Positions 1 to 15,813 of a stretch of DNA of 64,000 bases are shown piece by piece. The position numbers were made by a program, and so were the translations under genes. Within the stretch, counting starts at the first letter, position 1; the number at the start of each line of letters is the position of its first letter. Below the pieces are notes generated by a model. It was not told the DNA's origin, searched no databases, and saw only the letters and a program-made list of their open reading frames with translations. The DNA lies in contig MCFH01000003.1 in the NCBI GenBank assembly GCA_002104945.1, positions 248,001-312,000 on the forward strand, read 5' to 3'. The DNA comes from Piromyces finnis finn. Taxonomy: Eukaryota > Fungi > Neocallimastigomycota.

Positions 1-3000
1 ATATATATATTTTTTTTTTTTTTCTTAATATTAAATTTTATTAATTGAAAATTACTAAGTGTTGAAATTTTTCTATAATTTGAATTATTTATAATATACA
101 TCTTTTTTTTTTTCTTAAATATAAAAAAAATAATAATAATCATTATTATTACAATCTATTATAAAAACTTTTTTTTTCTAAAAATTTTGAAAAAAAATGT
201 TTTTTTTTTTTTTAAATATATTAATAACAGAATAATAAAAAAAAAAAAAAGACTTAATAGTTGATAGATCTTTTAAAAAAGTACGATTGAATAAAAAGAA
301 ATTTTAAAGGAAAGTGTTTGAATAAATATTTATGTTATATTGTTATATTTCTGATGAAAGCTTGGTGTTGAATAGGTCATTTAAAAATTAACCTTTATAT
401 TAAATTATTAAATAGGTATCAATTTTTTCTTGTTAATTTCTATTAGAAATTAACTATGTTCCATTATGATTGTATTATATACATACTACATTTTTACATC
501 ATATGTCATAACGATCATTTAAATTTGTTTTTGTTTTGGTTTGTTTTTTTGTTTTGTTTTTTATTTTGTTATTTTGTTTTTTTTTTTGCTTTGTTTTTTT
601 TTTATTTTATTTTGTTATTTTAGTTTGTTTCATTTTGTTTTTTTTTTTTTTTTGTTATTTGATATTGTCATTATTACTATGATTATTGTTTTTAACTTTA
701 TTGATAGAATTACTTTTTTTTTTATTAATTTTATTCTTTATGAAAAGTGAGTATTGTTATTTATTTTATGTTTTTTTTTTTAATTATTTATCTTTAATAT
801 TGATTTGATGGTTTCTCTGTTAATATTGTTTATTGAAAATATAAATTTTATTATTTTCTTTAATTTCTCATAGAAAAAATTATTATTATTTGATAACAAG
901 GATATATATATAATTTTCATTATGTTTCAAGAATATTTAAAAATTATATATATCAATAGTTCTCAAAGTGACTATTTTATTATTTTTCATTATTTGCTTT
1001 TTCATGTTTAATTTTGACAATCAAGTATTTATTTTGTCTGTATTTTTATTTCGTTTCTAAATATAAATAAAATTGTTCGTGTTACCCTTTTTATTTATAA
1101 GTAGAATATTAAAATAGATTATATATAATTCAGTTATATATATTTTTATTCTTTGCGTGAATATGTAATTTTTTTCATTAAAAAAAATACTATTATCCAA
1201 AAATTTCTATGTGTTTATTAAATAACTATTCTATACTTTTTTTATTAGGTAAAAATAAATATAGAATAAATAATAATTTCTATATTATTATTTTCTTTAC
1301 GAGAAAAATCTGTTCGTTTATTTGAAGAGTTACATATATATATAGCCTCATAATAATTTTGTTTATCTTTTTAGTTTAACGAAAAGAAGTACTTTTAAAA
1401 ACCGATTTTTAAGTACTAACATAAGATAAACAAATGCCAAATTCTTTTTTACGTTGACACCAATTTAATAATATTTTTTATTTATAAAAGTTTTTAGAAT
1501 TTATTTACTCTTTTTGAGTTACTATTGGTTAAAATTAATAAATATAATAAATTAGTATTTCTATATATCATTTTTATTATTTTCTTTAAAAAAAAAAACT
1601 ATTTAATATATACCTTGTTTTTAGTAAATAACATCTTGAGTTTCCATCCTGACCTATCCAAACTTCGCCGTGTTCGTAGCGTTTAAATCTAGGATTAGTG
1701 TTTTCACTAACTTCCTTGTAGGTAGATAACATTGAGATCAATGATTTTATATATGAAGTCATTTTCAATTTACTTATAATGTATATTATTTTTTTTAAAT
1801 GTTTACTTTTTTTTTAAAAAAAAAAACTTTATTAATGGGTATTATTATTAATATTACTATTAATATTATTAATCTATGATTATTAAGCTTTGCTTTTATT
1901 GAATAAATAAATTAAATAAATTAAATAAATTCTATAATGAAATATTTATATAAAAAATTAAAAGTGATTTACGAATTCAAAATATTAATATGTAAAAAAA
2001 TAAAAACTATGAATAATAATTCAGTTTGAACTATTACTTTACTCTATATTTGTTTTATAATGAATTAATATATATATATAAATTAAATTAAAATACGTTT
2101 AAATTTGATTAAATATTTTTGATTTTTTTTTAAAGATTATTATCAATTTCTTGTTTTTTTTTAAAAATAAAAAAAAAAGTGATTATTAATACACTATTTA
2201 TTTATAAATAATAGTTTTTTTTTTTTTTAACGTACAAAATCCTTGTATTAATAAACTATTTAATTATTACTTTTTACTTTTGATATTATGAATAAGTAAT
2301 AATTTTGCAATAATTTTTACTACAATGGTCAAATGAATTGTTTTTTTTTTTTTTAAATGGAATATTTAATTTTATTTCAAAATAAATAATTATTTATTTT
2401 TCTTAATATTTTTCAAAAAAAAAAAACGTATTTTTAGTCTTTTTTCTTTTTCTTCTTCCTTTTTTAAACAGTACACTTTTTTATATTTTAAAAAAGATTT
2501 TTTGCTTTTTTTTTTTTTCTTTGTTGTTTGATGCCTTTATTTTTTTATTATTAAAATTATGAATAATTAAATAATAGTTATTAAAAAAAAAAAAAAATTA
2601 TAATTATACATTTATATATAATTTTGAACTTTATTTCGTTCCATTATCTTTTTTGTAATTATTAATTAAGCGTAAACTATATTAATTAAATAATATATTG
2701 TAATATCATATACAATTGAAATATATATTATCAGTATAATGGTATATATAAGCTTTTATACTCTAAACTATTTAATTCAACCATACATCTCTATCAATAT
2801 ATTATTCCATATATTATTTAAAAACTCTATCATTTTCTTGAAAATATACTCTAATATATATAAAATATATAAAATATATTTATACAGTATACTCTAATTT
2901 ATGGTTAGAGTAAATTTGAATTTCAAAGAAATTAGATTATTGGCTAAGAATAAATTTGCTTCTCTTGCATAATATATTACAAATAATTTAGTAATATATT

Positions 3001-5463
3001 AGAGCTGAATTTAATATATTGAAAGTTTTCTTTAAATTAATAACTTTATATAGTATAAATTAATAAATCTTAATATATCATTACTATATATTATATTATA
3101 ATGAATAATATATCTATTACACAACAATTTATTAATTAATAAATAATGATTAAAGATAAATCAAACCTTATATTATAACTTTAATTTATAATATATTAAA
3201 CATTCCATTTTGGATATAGTGTATGTACAATATAAATAATTCTATTTATTAATATATATCATAATATATTTATAATATATTTATTATAGACAATTATTAT
3301 AAATTATTTATTATTGATAAAATAACTCATGGAATAATAATATAATAATGATGGAAAAAAGAGAATAAAAATTATATTGATATTTTTATGAAGAGAGGCA
3401 TGTGTGATCATGTGATTGGGATAAGGACACTGTAGAAAAAAGAAAATGTAGTCTACTACCTTGATAATGCTCTCATTTTTTTTTTTTTTAAAGAAAATAT
3501 TACCCTTTCCTAGAGAATACTTTTTTTTTTAACAAAAATATTAGATTTATTGGGCTGTAGCACCATTAAAAGGATAGATAATGACCTTGACGTCACTGAA
3601 ACTATTAATGAATAATCAATCAATTTTTTTTATTTTTATTTTTTTTTTTTTTTTTGATATTAATCCATAAATGGATTATTCATCTACATTATTTTGTATT
3701 CTACATTACAATTTAGTACATTAAAAATAAATGAAATATTTTTATGTAAAGGTAACGCATCATCTATAACCAATGGAATTAAAAAATGCGGAAAAAGGAA
3801 AAAGGGATAGATAAATTAGAATGGAGAAGAAGAAGAAGAAGAAGAAGATTGCTTGAAAGAGATTAATAGTAAAATATTACTTTCAAAAAATGTAAATTTA
3901 AATATATGGATGTATATTTTAAAATCAAAATAGTATACACAGTCAGTATACACAGTATACGACATTTAGTTAATTATAGATGGAAGAGTTAAAAGAATCT
4001 TTTAAATAAATTTATGACTTTGGTTGTTTGATATAAAATACATTAAATTGATAATTCATACTATACCAGTTATTTTTAAAAGTGTATATAGGCACAACTA
4101 GAATTAAACGAGTATATAACGAATATATATATTTATATTTGTATAGAGTTAAAACTCTACATATTTTTTTTTAAATAATTTGGATGATATACCTTCTTTT
4201 TCTATATATTATTTTATCATTTACATAGTATACATAGTATACATAGTATTACTAAAATACTATGTAAATGATAATTATAAAGTAAATAGTAAATGGAATA
4301 GGATGCATTCTATTGTATTATGTCTATAAAATAAATATTCATATAATCCGCATCATCATTTTTTAATTACTATTAGTAATGACCATTATTTTATATAACA
4401 TTAGTGAGCATATTATGTTTTTACCATTATAGTCATTAATAATTAAATAATTAATATTTATTAGAATATAATGAATATAATAGTGAATAATATATATTAA
4501 TATGTTGAAAACTATATCACTATAGAATATAGAATAATATAATATTTATTATGATATATATTATAATAATATATAAACTTTTTTTTTTTTTTTTTTGAAA
4601 AAGCAGTTAGTGTGTGCTAATTTATTCATAATCTAAATACCTAATATATTTATTTATTTATAGATTGTTATTTGGCAACTTATTTTAAAGTAATAGTAAA
4701 AATAAAATGTAATAACTTTTTATTTCATTAAAAACACTGTGCCCATACTATAATTATTAGAAGCGGGAAATGTGTAAATTTTATATTTGATGAAACCTCC
4801 GCAATAAAACATTTCATAAGGTAACATATTATTAAATAATTTTTTTTTTTTTTTGCATTTATATAATATAAACTATTCTGTTATTAAATATAGAGTTACT
4901 TATTTAAAACTATATTGTTATTATCATTTGTTTTAAAAACTATTTACTAATTAAATATCATTAGAGTTTCTATATTATAATAAGTAATAGATTAAAATTG
5001 TAAAATCGAATCAAATGCTTTCAGAATTGAATAAAGGTATAATCCATTTAATCCATTTTATCTTTGATAAATCAAAAAGCAAAAAAAAAAAAAAAAAAAA
5101 CAATATTGTGAATGAATTTATTGTTTTTTTTTTAAATAATAGTTTTAGATAACGATACACTTTTTATTGAAATAATGGCTTAAATAAATAAAATTATTGA
5201 AAGGAATTATGAATTGCTGTTTAATAAAACTAACCCTTTACAATACTCTTCATTATTTCTATGTAATTTTTACATTAAATAATGAAAAAACGTGGATTTA
5301 ATTATTCTCCGAGAATTTAAAATTTTAATGTTTAGAAATAGTTAAAAATTTAGTGCGTGTAAAGTGACAGCTATTTTTTTTTTTTTTTTTTTGAAATATA
5401 TGATAATTTTTAAAAGATATTTTATATATTATAAAATAAAAATTATTTTAAATTGAGATTACA

Positions 5464-8450
5464 ATGAAAATTGGCTATGTTGGTATCAATAGAGTAAAGA
5501 AAAATAATAATAAAAAAAGAATATCTAAATTAATATGAATTATATATATTTTAAAATTTTTTTTTTTTTAGTATGTATTAGCAGGTCAAATTGGTGACTT
5601 GAGCTTATATAAGGTATTCATTACACATTATATAATATATATAATATATATTTAAATAATAAGGATTTAAATAATAAGGAAGACTTTTTTTTTTTTTGTC
5701 ATTATGAATGAATAGTATTAACTTTAGAATCTAAATTAATATATTATTTTATACATAATATATATATTATATTTTATATATTATATATACAAGGCAGAAG
5801 CATTAGCTCATTTTTTAAATAGAAATTTACCATCTTATCATTTTGAAATTGTCAAGGTACCACCATCTCAATGGCATTCATTTGTTGAATATTTAGTTAT
5901 GAAATTATGGCATCCTAAACGGTTTTTATATTATCATCGATTATCAACAAAGGTACAAAAAGCAATATCAAAAATTGTTGAAGTTAATGATTTAATGACA
6001 ACGGATATAAAATATAAACCATGGGAATTATTAGAAAATTGTCAATCAACATCATTAAAGAGTGAAAGTTTAATTAAAGAAAACTCAAAAAAAAGTATTA
6101 GTAGCAGACCTTCGAAAAGTAAAAGTTTAATTAAAGAAAACTCAAAAAAAAGTATTAGTAGCAGTAGTAGTAGAACACCTTCAAAAAGTAAAAGTTTAAT
6201 TAAAGAAAACTCCAAAAAAAGTATTAATAGTAATAGCATACCGTCACTTAACGAAAATAATGAAGAGAATGCATTATCAAAGTCACCCTCAAAAGATGAT
6301 GATAAAAATAAAATAATTAACATTAGTTTAGATACAGTAAAACAAACTATCGTTATAAGTACAGAGGATATACTTCAATCATCGGATACAAATCTTTCAA
6401 ATGAAAAACCAAAACCGGAAGATAATAATAATGATATCATAAATAATAATGAAAACATCATGAAAACGAACAATTCATCTGTATCCCTATTTTCAGATGA
6501 TCAAACCGGTATAATTCACATTTTTATGATATATTTTTTATTAATCCCATAAAATTAATTCGTAAATTTTATGTTATATTTTTTTTAATGATAATATAAA
6601 TTATATATTAAAATAAAATATAATATATTATATATTAAATGAAAAGAAAGCCTTGATTCATTAGCTAATGAAGATGATGATACTACTACTTCTAATAATA
6701 ATAATAATGGTGATGATAATGGAAATAATAATAGTAATAATGATGAGGGTGATAATGATAATAATAGTAGAATAATTTCAACTGGAAATAATGGTTCAAA
6801 TATTAGTTTTAGTAAATCCAACTCTAATAGTTCATCGTTTAGTGATTTAAATTTAGATGATAATGATAATGACAATAATATTAATACAATGAATATAAAT
6901 CAAGCCACAAATGAAATTCAAAGGGATAGTTCTAATAATAATAACAACAACAACAACAACAATTTTGCTGAAGGTGATTCAGCTCCATCCTCTAATAATG
7001 AAAATAAATCTGATAAAATTCCAAACGAATCCTATTATATATTACCATATGAAGTGGATGTTCATATTCAATCTATTTTAGAAGAATTACCCCAATTTAC
7101 ATGGAAAGTTGACGGTGAATTTATTGGTAATTTATATTTTTTTTTTTTTTTTTATTTATTTAAAAAAATATTATTCATATTAATTTATACTTTATATATT
7201 ATTAATAAATGTATAGGTAATTGTGATTCATTCTTTAAATATGTAAGACAAGTATATCCTATTACATTATAACATCCGAAAAAACTTAAATTTTATTAAT
7301 TTAGGTTTTTTTTTAGAACTTTTGTTATTCTATTCATTTCATATATATATATATATTAATATACTTATTTCTAACTTTTTTTGTAATAAATACATTTTAT
7401 AATTTTTTTTTTTTTACATGAAAATGAAAGATTGAAAATAATTATGGATATCAAATACAAATGGATGAAGATTTAATAGAAGAAATTGCTGATGAAGATG
7501 TTAATACACAAAAATATAATGTATCTGACATTCCAATTATATTTAGTACATCAAATGACCAATACTTCAAAAATATACCACGTTTATCAGAAATTTCTAA
7601 TAGTTTATCCAATGATTACATTAAGAAGCATAAGACCCATATAGCAATTAAGAAATTCCGTCATCATCTTAAAAATACTATAGATGATATTAAATATGAA
7701 GATTATATTAATAAAACATATAATAATAAAGATTATTCTTCTGGATCGCTTAATTACAGCGATTTAGAAATTGATTCTGAAGATTTAGATGAACATGAAA
7801 ATGGAAATAATGAAAATGGTTATAATAATTATGATGATGATACTAAAGAAGATTATATTAGATCACCAGTTCGTCGTTATCATAAATATGTCAATGATGG
7901 TAATGGAAATTCGGCATCAAATTATTCAAATGACAGTTTATTAACTCCAATGAATTCAAAGTATACACCATCCACTAAACCACAATCCAAGAATGAAAAT
8001 ACAGAAAATGTACAATATAATGATGATACTATTGAAAGTCCAGAAGAGCATGTAATGGATGAAAATGAAATAAACAAAGAAGAAAATATGGATAATAATA
8101 ATAATGATGAAGAAATAGAATATTCATATAAAGCTGATCTTTCTTCAGATGTTGACGATTCAAACGACAATAAGGAAATTCATTTAAATGAACAATTTAG
8201 TGATGATGATGATGAAATAATCGAACAGATTGATGATACAGAAACTGCCAACATGGTCAACATGGTAGATGAAGTAGATAAAGGAGACATTGAAGAAGAT
8301 ATTATAAAAGAAAGTAACGAAATAATAAATCAAGTTAGTAATAGTAAAGAAAATGAAATATCTAAAGTAGTATCCTCATCAAATTCAAGTAATAATATTG
8401 TAAGAAAAACTATATCCGGTTCAAAAGGTTCTCTTCAAAGATTAAATTAA
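5464..8450 (+). CDS. MDH1B/PPIL6 N-terminal-type glutaredoxin-like domain protein with long low-complexity insert and acidic tail, about 770 aa, 6 exons
   Basis: Exons 5464-5493, 5572-5613, 5794-6508, 6647-7126, 7217-7242, 7431-8450 join through GT-AG introns in frame (2313 nt). YVLAGQIGDLSLYKAEALAHFLNRNLPSYHFEIVKVPPSQW and FTWKVDGEFIGNCDSFFKYIENNYGYQIQMDEDLIEEIADE resemble the two halves of the MDH1B/PPIL6 N-terminal domain as I recall it. Confidence 0.65.
6061..6230 (+). repeat. Three coding copies of KSxSLIKENSKKSI
   Basis: agtttaattaaagaaaactc recurs at 6067, 6124 and 6193. Confidence 0.85.
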
Positions 8451-8950
8451 AGTTTTACACATATATTTATTTTATTATATATCCAATTTACATTCTTTTT
8501 TTTTTTTTTTTTTTTTTTTTGTATTAAAAATTCATTAATGAAAAATAGTGGATAAAAAAAATTTTTTTTAAAATTTAAAATAAAAAATCAATATTTATAA
8601 AAGTAATCTCATTTACCAAGGGATTTAATAATAAATATATAAAACTATAGTCTTATTATTTAAGAGTATTAGACTATATGTAATATTGTTTAAGATAAAT
8701 TAAGTAATTAAAATTATTTAAAAATAGTGTTAGTTCTATAGTTTTTAAGAATAATATAATTAATTATTGTAAAATCTTTTTAATTCTCAAAACGTTAATT
8801 TATAATTTTTTTTTTTTTTTTTTTTGTAATTTTCATTCCTATTATTTTTCATTCTATTCTCTTTAAATAAAATATATTATAATAAAAAAAAATTTTTTTT
8901 AAAATAATTCATTCCTCATCAATGATTTAAATATTTTGTTTTTTATTAAT

Positions 8951-10965
8951 ATGGATAGAAGAAATTTAAGGTATACAAAACTTCAATCTGTTCAATATAA
9001 TGATAATTCTATAGTAGAAAATCTTAACATTCCCTATAGATCATTCATCGAAAATGAAAAAGGATATGAATTAGAAGTTTCATGTAAACTTTTAAATTCT
9101 AGAGGAAGAATAGGCGGTCCTTTACATTTAAAATTAAATATTATTAATATAGGTGGTATCAATATTGAAAATTTTAAAATAGATATAAATGCTTATTCTT
9201 CTGAAGATAATAGAACGCCTTATTATGACAGGTTTGCAAAAATATCAGACATTATAATAAAAATATTACATTAATTCAAATTTATTATGTATACCTATTG
9301 AAATGATGTTTTAATGTTATATATATATATATATATATAAAATGGGGGGGGGTTGAATTAAATTTAATTCATGTTAATAATGATAGGTTTGTTTTATGGA
9401 TTAAGGAAACCTTGGAGGTTGGACAATCAATTGAAAAAGACATTACTTTACAGAATTCATATAGAGAATTTGATTTAAGTTATAATGATTTATCTTCATT
9501 AATTACAAATTCAGAAAAAGATTTAAGAAGTCTTGATTATAAAATACCACGTTATAATGATTTATTGGATTTAACCTCAAAAACAAATTTACAATCAAAA
9601 ACAAAAATCTTAGATGCAATATCTAGCACAACGGGCACTCCTTATGATATAATAAAAGCGGAAGATTTTGATGATGATTCGTCAAAGGAAGATGATTCCG
9701 ATAGATTAAGAAGTTCAGATGAATTTTTAGCAGTGCCGATTGAAACTAAAGATAATGATATTAGTTTTAGTGATGTAGATAGCCTTATGGAAAGTAAAAA
9801 AATATCAAATCGAACGAAAAGAAATATGAGTACAGATAAACAATACCATCAAATCATTAGTCCAATATACGATAATTTTTATTGTGGTGATGATACCTTG
9901 GTGATTAATAAGAAAAAAAAGATGAAATCTATTTTTTTAACCGATGATTTTGATTATTTAATATCCACTTTACCTTCTATCATTCATATTGAATTTAAAC
10001 ATAGTGATATGAGACCCATTCCATGTCGTCAATATCAATTTAAATTATGTTCTGAATACTTTACCGGTGATTTATTAGTGGCAAGACCAGGAATGGTTAT
10101 TCCAAAAGATAAAACTCCAAGATATTCGCATTACAATATTTTAATGCTGGGAACTTGTAAAAATGGGAAAACATCCCTCGTGAACAGTATACTAACTTTA
10201 TTTAATAATAGAGTAACATTGATGAGTCCCTATCTTCATAAATTATACCATGAAAATAAAAGTTATTTATTATATAACATTAAGGATTTATTACCAGAAT
10301 CTTTACATGTAAGGTTCTATGATTGTCCTTTAGATTCAATAAGTGCTTTTTCAAATTCACAGTATTCCTACAATAACTTAGATTTAGTATTAAATGGCAA
10401 TTTCCCATACGGTTTTCTCATCAATTCAACTAATGTTGACCTTATCGGTAAGGTAACAGATGATAAACTTCATAAGAGATTATCCTATAATAATCTTAAT
10501 AGTTCAGTATATTCTTTAACAAAACTTTATGGTAATGAAATGTCTGAGCTAAAATCGAGACCTCTTTCAACAAATTCTCCTTTATTGTCCTATAGAACAA
10601 AATTAAAAGATTCCACATCAAATCTATCCAATAAAAATAGTTTATCAAAAATTCATGTTGTTATATTATCAATATCCTATACAATTGTTGATTCATTAGA
10701 AGAGTTTAAACTTTACGTAAAATTATTTAAATATATAACCCAATTAAATATTCCTGTTGTAATTGCACTCACAAACACAGATCAACTTTCTCAGGAAAAA
10801 ATTGAGGAATACGTTACAACGATAAATAATTCATTTAGATCCTATCATGTCTACCCAATATCCAATTATACACTATCAAATAATAAATTAAAGTCGTTTG
10901 AAAGAGATAGGTAGAAGAATAATAATTAATTTATAACTTTTATAACAACCTATATAAATGATTTA

Positions 10966-10996
<31 letters not shown>

Positions 10997-12105
10997 TTTT
11001 TTTACATTTTATAAATTAAAAAATAATAAAATATAATCCGTTCAAATATGCCTATTGATATAATAATAACAAAAAAAAATATAAATTTATGTCAATAATT
11101 TACTGAATGTATAAATGAAAAAAAAAATAATTAAATAGAAATGTATTAAGATTACTTAGTAATTCCATATATTTAGCTCACAATTTTATTTTCAAGGAAT
11201 TTAATGAAGAAAATATTAAAAAAGCGAATTATATTAAAAATAAAAGTTGTTTTGACTTGGATAGTCAAGTAAATTATGAATGCCAATCCATGATGTTTGA
11301 ATCAATAGTTAAAAAAACAAATGATACTACTTTATGTGCAACAGATGATTCTAGTAAATATAGATTAGATGGATTAGTTCCATTTATGGGTGAGGAAAGT
11401 TTAAATGTTATTGATATGACAAAATATTCAAAAGATCAAATTAATAGTTTACACGAAGATATAAAATATGATGGTACCATATTTGAAAATATTACTCACT
11501 ATGATATTTCAGGTGAAGAAGAAATCGATGTTATTCTTGCATTTGATGCAGCTTGTATTGTTGACCAAGAAATGCTAGATTATGTAAAATATATTGGATT
11601 ATCCATCACATCACAATACCCCAGTAATATTAATATTGGTGGATTTCTGTTTGGTGAAAAAATGCAAAATATTTCCAATGTTACCTATAATAAATTATTA
11701 TTTGAAAATCGTATTGTAGCCTTGGATCAAAAAGAAAATAGACATAGTGCTGATGGGGATACCTTGTATAGAACTTTGAATCATTGTAAAACATTATTGG
11801 ATGCCCAATACAAATTGTCCAATAGACAACAATTATGGATTTTTATTTCTGAATGTAGTAATGATAATTACTATCAAAATCAAATAAAGAAGCTTGCTGA
11901 AACTTTACGTGGTAATAAATACAATGCTGAAATCTATTGTTTCTACCTTAGAAACTCAATTGATGATGACCCATTTGAAAAATTTTTACAATCATTTGCT
12001 GATCTTGTTGTAATCTTCAATGATATTTCAAGTATGTACAATTATTTAACACCTCCAACAACAAGTTATAATAATATGTTAAATCCGAAATTATATTTAA
12101 AGTAA
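8951..12105 (+). CDS. Arrestin-C-like beta-sandwich + IFI44/IFI44L-like P-loop NTPase + vWA domain protein, 919 aa if it ends at 12105
   Basis: Exons 8951-9231, 9387-10910, 11151-12105 with two phase-2 introns, 2760 nt in frame. Walker A GTCKNGKT; LDLVLNGN, KIHVVI, IALTNTD and PISNY match the IFI44 motif order. DVILAFDAAC, IGGFLFG, TLYRTL and LWIFISE give a vWA pattern. Confidence 0.75.
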
Positions 12106-12372
12106 ATAAGAACTATCTTAATACTAATTTAACACTAAAAAAAAAAAAACTATTACTATATAAAAGTTTATATAATATATATAAATATCATTTACATTAT
12201 TTTACTAATAATATATTATATAATTTTAAAAACGTTAGGTTCCTTAAAATACTTAGAGAATCATCAAAAATGTAGGGAGTTATATAATAATTATGAATTA
12301 TTTCATTATAATAAGATATGCTCTATCATTAAATCTTAATTATGAAAATTTTTAATATATATTTATTGACAG

Positions 12373-14117
<1,745 letters not shown>

Positions 14118-14408
14118 ATTGAACTAAACAAGCTATCCGAAAAAAAAAAATGTAATAATAAAATAAACTTTAATTATACTTTGCATTTTTGATATTTTTT
14201 AAAATTTAAAATAAAAAAAAGAAAAAATTTTTTTTGTGCAACCTATAACTTTTAGTAATTTATTAATGTATCATCCCCTTATCCTCTAATAGGAAATAAA
14301 AAAAATATAAATCGGAGATTAAAAAAAAAATAATAATAATAATTATGAAAATATTTTTTTTTTTATATATTATTTTATTTTTTTATTTTTTTTATTTTTA
14401 TATAACAT

Positions 14409-14420
14409 TTGCTGCAGCAA
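14409..14420. promoter_or_regulatory. Perfect 12-bp palindrome TTGCTGCAGCAA, X-box-like, 83 nt upstream of the IFT22 ATG
   Basis: GC-containing palindrome in an AT-rich promoter; half-sites resemble RFX GTTGCY-NN-RGCAAC. Function is inferred only. Confidence 0.3.
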
Positions 14421-14502
14421 TAGTATAAAATTATTGTACACCTAAAATTAAAATATTTTAAAAGTTTCAATTGAGAAAAAATAATAATTTTATATTTTAA
14501 CA

Positions 14503-15813
14503 ATGTTATCAAGCAATAATAATATTAAAATTTTTGTTATTGGCCCTCCAAATTCCGGAAAAGTAATATATAAAATAAAATAAAATAAAATAAAATAGTT
14601 AATATTTATGTAATATATATCATCACAATTATTATTTTTTATTCTAATTTATATATATATTTCTTTTTTTTTTTTTTTTTTTAATTTTTTAAGACGGCTA
14701 TATCAAATTATTTAGCAGATTTAAATAAGTCATTATCTTCAGATTATTCACCAACTCAAGGTGTTAGGTAAAATGTCAAGAAATGTCATTATTTATAATA
14801 CACTAAAATTTACAAACTTTTTATAAAAGTATATTAAATTTTCATTTTATAATTTTTTTTTTTTTTTCATAAGAATTCTCGAATTAGATCAAATTATAAA
14901 AACTACATCAAAACATTCAAAAAAACAACAACAAACAAATGTATCAATTGAACTTTGGTAATGCTAATTTTATATAATCATTAAATTAAAAGATAATTAA
15001 TAATTTGGTTATGAAATATAAATAAATATTTCAAAAATTTAATAGAGATATGAAGTTATTGAATATTACTTAATAATAAATATATCATTTCATTAATTTT
15101 AATAATATAATAAATTTATATATATAAAATTTTGAATATAAAAAGGGATTGTTCCGGTGAAGATAGGTAAAATTTAAAGAGAATAAAATTTCATTATATT
15201 AACTAGTTTGAGGATTATTTTATTAAAAAAAAAAAAAAATTTTTTTTTATTAATTAAAAAGATATAAAACTATATGGCCAAATCTTTCATCTATTGCTAA
15301 TGGATTAATTCTTGTATATGATCAGGAAAACAGATTAACAGAAAGAGATATTGATGAATGGTATATATAAGAATTAATGGATAAAACATATTTAATTATG
15401 TTGTAATTCTTATATATATATATTTTTATAATTAATTAATAATCAGGTTAGGTTACTTTTCGTTAAATGAAAAACAATGTATGATATATGTCTATTGTAA
15501 AGATAATGTTAAAAAAGGTATGTAGTATAAAAAACATGTTTGAAAATTTAAATAAATATCAATTTATATTATATTGATTTTATATATATATATATATATT
15601 TTCAATTAATCAATTAAATACTAAAAATTAATATATCATTTTAAAATAATTATAATACAATAAGGAAAAATAAATAATAGAATACCAACTCATTCAGTAT
15701 CCGTTAATGAGGACCCAGATAATATTAAAAAAACATTCGATAGATTTTTAACTCAAGTATATATAGAGATGCAAGAACAATTAGAAAATGAACAACGTAT
15801 TATCACTGAATAA
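14503..15813 (+). CDS. IFT22: Intraflagellar transport protein 22 (RABL5), Rab-like small GTPase, 7 exons
   Basis: Spliced product MLSSNNNIKIFVIGPPNSGKTAISNYLAD..YSPTQGVRILE..IELWDCSGEDRYKTIWP..EDPDNIKKTFDRFL..EQRIITE. YSPTQGVRILE and ELWDC are characteristic of IFT22. Confidence 0.92.
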
